Sequence record: Y10025.2
DNA length: 2,863 bases
Origin: Escherichia virus K5
Reading direction: 5' to 3' (one strand)
Shown here: positions 1 through 2,863 of the stretch, piece by piece
Position numbering within the stretch: the first letter of the stretch is position 1
Layout: each line of letters starts with the position of its first letter
Notes under the pieces: generated by a model
Told to the model about the DNA's origin: nothing
Seen by the model: the letters and a program-made list of their open reading frames with translations, nothing else
Database searches by the model: none
Translations under genes and position numbers: made by a program

Positions 1-98
1 GATCACCTGTGAATAAGTTTCTAGAAGTTCTGGCAGGTCTTATTGGCCTGCTTGTCTCTGCTAAGAAGAAACAAGAAGAGAAGGAGGCACCAAAGTGA
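1..98 (+). CDS. 3' end of an upstream gene, truncated by the window start (codons in phase with position 3); visible C-terminus ...SPVNKFLEVLAGLIGLLVSAKKKQEEKEAPK*
   Basis: Only frame open from the window edge (frame 1 stops at 10..12, frame 2 at 14..16 and 62..64). Ends at TGA 96..98. Hydrophobic stretch followed by a Lys/Glu-rich tail. Function not assignable from 31 codons. Confidence 0.4.
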   Translation, partial: SPVNKFLEVLAGLIGLLVSAKKKQEEKEAPK

Positions 99-232
99 AG
101 CGAATCATGTTAGTGACCAACCCTTCTGATTGGTTCGCTGACCACTTCCGGGTGTCAGCAGGCGTTACCAGAGAAAGCAATGGTGAAACCTCTGAGGCCG
201 ACGCTGACGGCAGTTTACGAGGTAGACGATAA
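95..232 (+). CDS. Hypothetical small protein, 45 aa, GTG start (VKRIMLVTNPSDWFADHFRVSAGVTRESNGETSEADADGSLRGRR)
   Basis: Perfect Shine-Dalgarno AAGGAGG at 81..87, 7 nt before GTG 95. GTG 95..97 overlaps the upstream stop TGA 96..98 (GTGA), an arrangement typical of translational coupling. Stop TAA 230..232. Not on the supplied ORF track; no homology recognised. Confidence 0.3.
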   Translation: MKRIMLVTNPSDWFADHFRVSAGVTRESNGETSEADADGSLRGRR

Positions 233-344
233 AGTCTGCTTCAGTAAGCCTGATGCTACAAAATTAGGTTTGTATATTCTCTCGCTAGAACGCGGATATA
301 ATTAATACATAGCTTTATGTATCAGTGTCTTACGATTTACTGGA

Positions 345-367
345 CACTATAGACGAGATACAGGTAG
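345..367 (+). promoter_or_regulatory. SP6-type single-subunit phage RNA polymerase promoter, predicted +1 at G362
   Basis: ATTTACTGGACACTATAGACGAG matches the SP6 promoter ATTTAGGTGACACTATAGAAGAG at 19 of 23 positions, with the core GACACTATAGA fully conserved. It sits in an AT-rich non-coding spacer 76 nt upstream of the tailspike ATG, and is the only such motif in the window. Confidence 0.8.
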
Positions 368-426
368 TGCCGTTCTTTAGAGCGGCCTATTACTAGCCAA
401 TCTTCATAGGGAGGGTTGGGAAGTAA

Positions 427-432
427 TAGGAG
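427..432 (+). promoter_or_regulatory. Ribosome-binding site of the tailspike gene
   Basis: TAGGAG at 427..432, 5 nt before ATG 438. Confidence 0.6.
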
Positions 433-437
433 TTAGC

Positions 438-2336
438 ATGGCTAAATTAACCAAACCTAAGACTGAAGGAATCTTGCATAAAGGACAATCTTTGTATGAG
501 TACCTTGATGCGAGAGTTTTAACATCAAAGCCGTTTGGTGCTGCAGGTGACGCCACTACTGATGATACGGAGGTTATAGCTGCTTCACTAAACTCTCAAA
601 AAGCTGTCACAATCTCAGACGGTGTATTCTCTAGCTCTGGTATTAATAGTAATTACTGTAACTTAGACGGTAGGGGTAGTGGTGTGCTAAGTCACCGTTC
701 CAGTACAGGTAACTACTTAGTATTTAACAATCCACGTACAGGTCGCTTAAGTAATATTACGGTAGAAAGTAATAAGGCGACTGATACAACTCAGGGACAG
801 CAGGTATCTCTTGCTGGTGGAAGTGATGTTACTGTAAGTGACGTTAACTTCTCAAACGTTAAAGGTACTGGTTTCAGTTTAATCGCATACCCTAATGATG
901 CGCCACCTGATGGACTTATGATTAAAGGCATTCGAGGTAGCTATTCCGGCTATGCTACTAATAAGGCAGCCGGATGCGTACTTGCTGACTCCTCAGTTAA
1001 CTCCCTCATAGATAACGTCATTGCTAAGAACTACCCTCAGTTCGGAGCAGTAGAGTTGAAAGGTACAGCCAGTTACAACATAGTCAGTAATGTTATAGGG
1101 GCAGATTGCCAGCATGTAACTTACAACGGCACTGAAGGGCCAATAGCCCCTTCTAATAACCTTATCAAGGGGGTGATGGCTAATAACCCTAAGTATGCAG
1201 CGGTTGTTGCAGGCAAAGGAAGTACGAACTTAATCTCAGACGTGCTCGTAGATTACTCAACTTCTGATGCTAGGCAGGCTCATGGTGTTACCGTAGAAGG
1301 GTCTGATAACGTCATAAATAATGTGCTTATGTCAGGATGTGATGGTACTAACTCTTTAGGACAAAGGCAGACTGCTACAATTGCACGCTTTATAGGTACA
1401 GCTAATAACAACTATGCGTCTGTATTTCCTAGCTACAGTGCTACAGGTGTTATTACTTTCGAATCCGGCTCTACCCGTAACTTCGTAGAGGTAAAGCACC
1501 CTGGCAGGAGAAACGACCTTCTCAGTTCTGCTAGTACTATTGACGGTGCAGCTACTATTGACGGCACTAGTAATAGTAACGTAGTGCACGCACCTGCCTT
1601 AGGGCAGTACATAGGTAGTATGTCAGGTAGGTTCGAATGGCGGATTAAGTCCATGTCACTCCCTTCAGGCGTTCTTACTTCTGCTGATAAGTACAGAATG
1701 CTTGGGGATGGTGCTGTATCATTAGCTGTAGGTGGGGGTACTTCTTCTCAAGTTCGCCTATTTACTTCTGATGGTACTTCTCGGACAGTGTCCCTCACCA
1801 ACGGTAACGTGCGTCTTTCTACCAGTAGCACAGGCTATTTGCAGTTAGGTGCTGATGCAATGACCCCAGATAGTACTGGTACATACGCATTAGGTTCCGC
1901 CAGTCGAGCATGGTCTGGCGGTTTTACTCAAGCAGCATTCACTGTTACCTCAGATGCTCGGTGTAAAACAGAACCTCTTACTATCTCAGATGCCTTACTG
2001 GATGCTTGGTCTGAAGTTGACTTTGTGCAGTTTCAGTATTTGGATCGTGTTGAGGAGAAGGGTGCAGACTCAGCTAGATGGCACTTCGGTATCATCGCTC
2101 AGCGAGCTAAGGAGGCTTTCGAACGTCACGGTATAGATGCACATCGCTATGGCTTCTTGTGCTTCGACAGTTGGGATGATGTATACGAGGAAGATGCCAA
2201 TGGCTCTCGTAAACTGATTACACCAGCAGGTTCCCGCTACGGTATTCGTTACGAGGAAGTACTGATATTAGAGGCTGCGTTGATGCGGAGGACTATTAAG
2301 CGTATGCAGGAAGCACTAGCTGCCCTTCCTAAGTAA
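438..2336 (+). CDS. kflA: Tailspike protein, capsular-polysaccharide depolymerase (K5 heparosan lyase KflA-like), 632 aa, with C-terminal auto-cleaving chaperone module
   Basis: Complete 632-aa ORF with RBS and dedicated phage promoter. Residues 31-50 KPFGAAGDATTDDTEVIAAS are the N-terminal signature of right-handed parallel beta-helix depolymerases (pectate-lyase-like tailspikes). A Ser/Thr/Gly-rich stalk precedes a C-terminal segment matching the endosialidase/T5-fibre chaperone family. The gene symbol is from memory of K5 lyase, not from a search. Confidence 0.9.
   Translation: MAKLTKPKTEGILHKGQSLYEYLDARVLTSKPFGAAGDATTDDTEVIAASLNSQKAVTISDGVFSSSGINSNYCNLDGRGSGVLSHRSSTGNYLVFNNPRTGRLSNITVESNKATDTTQGQQVSLAGGSDVTVSDVNFSNVKGTGFSLIAYPNDAPPDGLMIKGIRGSYSGYATNKAAGCVLADSSVNSLIDNVIAKNYPQFGAVELKGTASYNIVSNVIGADCQHVTYNGTEGPIAPSNNLIKGVMANNPKYAAVVAGKGSTNLISDVLVDYSTSDARQAHGVTVEGSDNVINNVLMSGCDGTNSLGQRQTATIARFIGTANNNYASVFPSYSATGVITFESGSTRNFVEVKHPGRRNDLLSSASTIDGAATIDGTSNSNVVHAPALGQYIGSMSGRFEWRIKSMSLPSGVLTSADKYRMLGDGAVSLAVGGGTSSQVRLFTSDGTSRTVSLTNGNVRLSTSSTGYLQLGADAMTPDSTGTYALGSASRAWSGGFTQAAFTVTSDARCKTEPLTISDALLDAWSEVDFVQFQYLDRVEEKGADSARWHFGIIAQRAKEAFERHGIDAHRYGFLCFDSWDDVYEEDANGSRKLITPAGSRYGIRYEEVLILEAALMRRTIKRMQEALAALPK
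1533..1568. repeat. In-frame imperfect 18-bp tandem duplication inside the tailspike stalk
   Basis: agtactattgacggtgca (1533..1550) followed by gctactattgacggcact (1551..1568); the core tactattgacgg recurs exactly 18 nt apart (1535..1546 and 1553..1564), encoding STIDGA/ATIDGT. Confidence 0.6.
1953..2333 (+). other. C-terminal intramolecular chaperone / autoproteolysis domain (peptidase S74-like) within the tailspike; predicted cleavage between Ser505 (1950..1952) and Asp506
   Basis: Motif S-D-A-R-C-K-T-E-P then LDAW, HFGIIAQ, a conserved Cys and a C-terminal helix EAALMRRTIKRMQEALAAL, the pattern I recall from the K1F endosialidase chaperone domain. Placement at the extreme C-terminus after a triple-beta-helix-like stalk fits. 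Confidence 0.65.
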
Positions 2337-2341
2337 GCAAC

Positions 2342-2366
2342 AGGCAGTGCGTAAGCACTGCTTTTC
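2342..2366 (+). terminator. Intergenic stem-loop with GNRA tetraloop and U-tract: candidate partial terminator or RNA-processing/stability hairpin
   Basis: Perfect 7-bp stem GCAGTGC (2344..2350) / GCACTGC (2355..2361) around loop GTAA, extendable by A-U and G-U pairs at 2342..2343, followed by TTTT (2362..2365). Lies 6 nt after the tailspike stop in the 85-nt spacer 2337..2421. Confidence 0.55.
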
Positions 2367-2410
2367 ACGCAACTTTTCTTAAAGGTTATCATGGTGGTAG
2401 CCTTTCAGAA

Positions 2411-2417
2411 AAGGAGG
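2411..2417 (+). promoter_or_regulatory. Ribosome-binding site of the downstream tail gene
   Basis: AAGGAGG at 2411..2417, 4 nt before ATG 2422. Confidence 0.7.
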
Positions 2418-2421
2418 TTAC

Positions 2422-2863
2422 ATGCTACAAAGATTAAGCACCAAGTTGATACAGTATAATGGTGAGAAATTACATACATTAATAGAGCCTTTACTTGAAG
2501 AGGTTAATCCCATTATCCGTATACCAGAAGATTACCCTTCGCTGTATGCGGTTGGTGAGTACCTTACTACTGTAAGCTATGATAACCAAGCAGTAGTAGT
2601 TGAAGTGGCAGCTGGTACTTACAGAGAAACTAAGTCACTACATGAAGTATTTGGAACTAAGTTTGGTAACGGTCGCATACAGATAGTTGGTAAAGGTGTA
2701 GATGTCACTACCTTTGAGTTCTTGAAATGTGATGGAATATATGCAGGACATGGTACTTGTTTTGGTCATGCACCACAGTATCCTGTAAGTGGCGGTGACA
2801 TCCATCCTATCTTTAAGAATTGCACACTTAGTGGTATTAACCGAGATGATGCCCTAGATGATC
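2422..2863 (+). CDS. Second tail-protein gene, 5' portion only (147 codons, continues past the window end); likely an alternative receptor-binding protein of unknown specificity
   Basis: Strong RBS, ATG start, no stop through the window end (MLQRLSTKLIQYNGEKLHTLIEPLLEEVNPIIRIPEDYPSLYAVGEYLTTVSYDNQAVVVEVAAGTYRETK...). No phage promoter of its own, so probably co-transcribed from the promoter at 345..367. Function inferred from position only; no catalytic motif recognised. Confidence 0.75.
   Translation, partial: MLQRLSTKLIQYNGEKLHTLIEPLLEEVNPIIRIPEDYPSLYAVGEYLTTVSYDNQAVVVEVAAGTYRETKSLHEVFGTKFGNGRIQIVGKGVDVTTFEFLKCDGIYAGHGTCFGHAPQYPVSGGDIHPIFKNCTLSGINRDDALDD

Noticed and set aside
270-302. Host sigma70-like -10 hexamer TATAAT at 297..302
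   Set aside because: No acceptable -35 element at 16-18 bp spacing and no TG extension; an AT-rich spacer yields such hexamers by chance. The SP6-type promoter at 345..367 is the much better explanation for transcription.
257-322. Two AT-rich dyads (tacaaa/tttgta at 257..274 and atacat/atgtat at 305..322) upstream of the phage promoter
   Set aside because: Stems are only 6 bp, all A/T, with 6-nt loops and no U-tract; too weak to call terminators or operators.
369-386. Small hairpin gccg/cggc in the 5' untranslated region
   Set aside because: Only a 4-bp stem with a 10-nt loop; no evidence of regulatory function.
1356-1589. 77-aa ORF on the minus strand
   Set aside because: Lies entirely antisense within the tailspike CDS in its Ser/Thr-rich region, where antisense frames stay open by chance. 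No RBS, and a Cys/Ser-rich low-complexity product.
1433-1654. 73-aa ORF on the minus strand
   Set aside because: Same reason: antisense overlap with the well-supported tailspike gene and no translation signals.
1954-2136. 60-aa ORF on the plus strand in an alternative frame
   Set aside because: Out-of-frame ORF embedded in the chaperone-domain coding region; no RBS and no support for a dual-coding arrangement.
2391-2459. Short ATG-initiated frame (about 22 codons) in the intergenic region
   Set aside because: No Shine-Dalgarno sequence; it overlaps the RBS and start of the downstream tail gene and ends after about 22 codons.
2422-2863. Calling the downstream ORF an endosialidase (as in phage K1-5)
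   Set aside because: Beyond the first few residues I cannot recognise sialidase motifs in the 147 visible residues, and no search was possible, so the specificity is left open.
1-2863. Defence system, CRISPR array, tRNA or insertion sequence
   Set aside because: No direct-repeat/spacer periodicity, no tRNA-like cloverleaf, no terminal inverted repeats or transposase-like ORF; the content is fully explained by phage structural genes.

Overview
This 2,863-bp window reads as the tailspike (receptor-binding) cassette of an SP6-like podophage; I see no previously undescribed system, and nothing beyond known phage-tailspike biology. Every gene I can support is on the + strand. In order: the 3' end of an upstream gene (to 98); a possible small GTG-initiated ORF (95..232); an AT-rich spacer carrying a strong SP6-type phage RNA polymerase promoter (345..367); a complete 632-aa tailspike (438..2336) with an N-terminal beta-helix depolymerase motif, a Ser/Thr/Gly-rich stalk and a C-terminal intramolecular-chaperone module; an 85-nt intergenic region with a GNRA-tetraloop hairpin and U-tract (2342..2366); and the first 147 codons of a second tail protein (2422..2863) that runs off the window. 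From memory, the architecture matches the K5-lyase (KflA) module described for coliphages K5/K1-5, but I could not run any search, so that identity is recollection plus inference. Both window ends are GATC, suggesting a cloned Sau3AI-type fragment. No tRNA, CRISPR array, insertion sequence or recognisable defence gene is visible.
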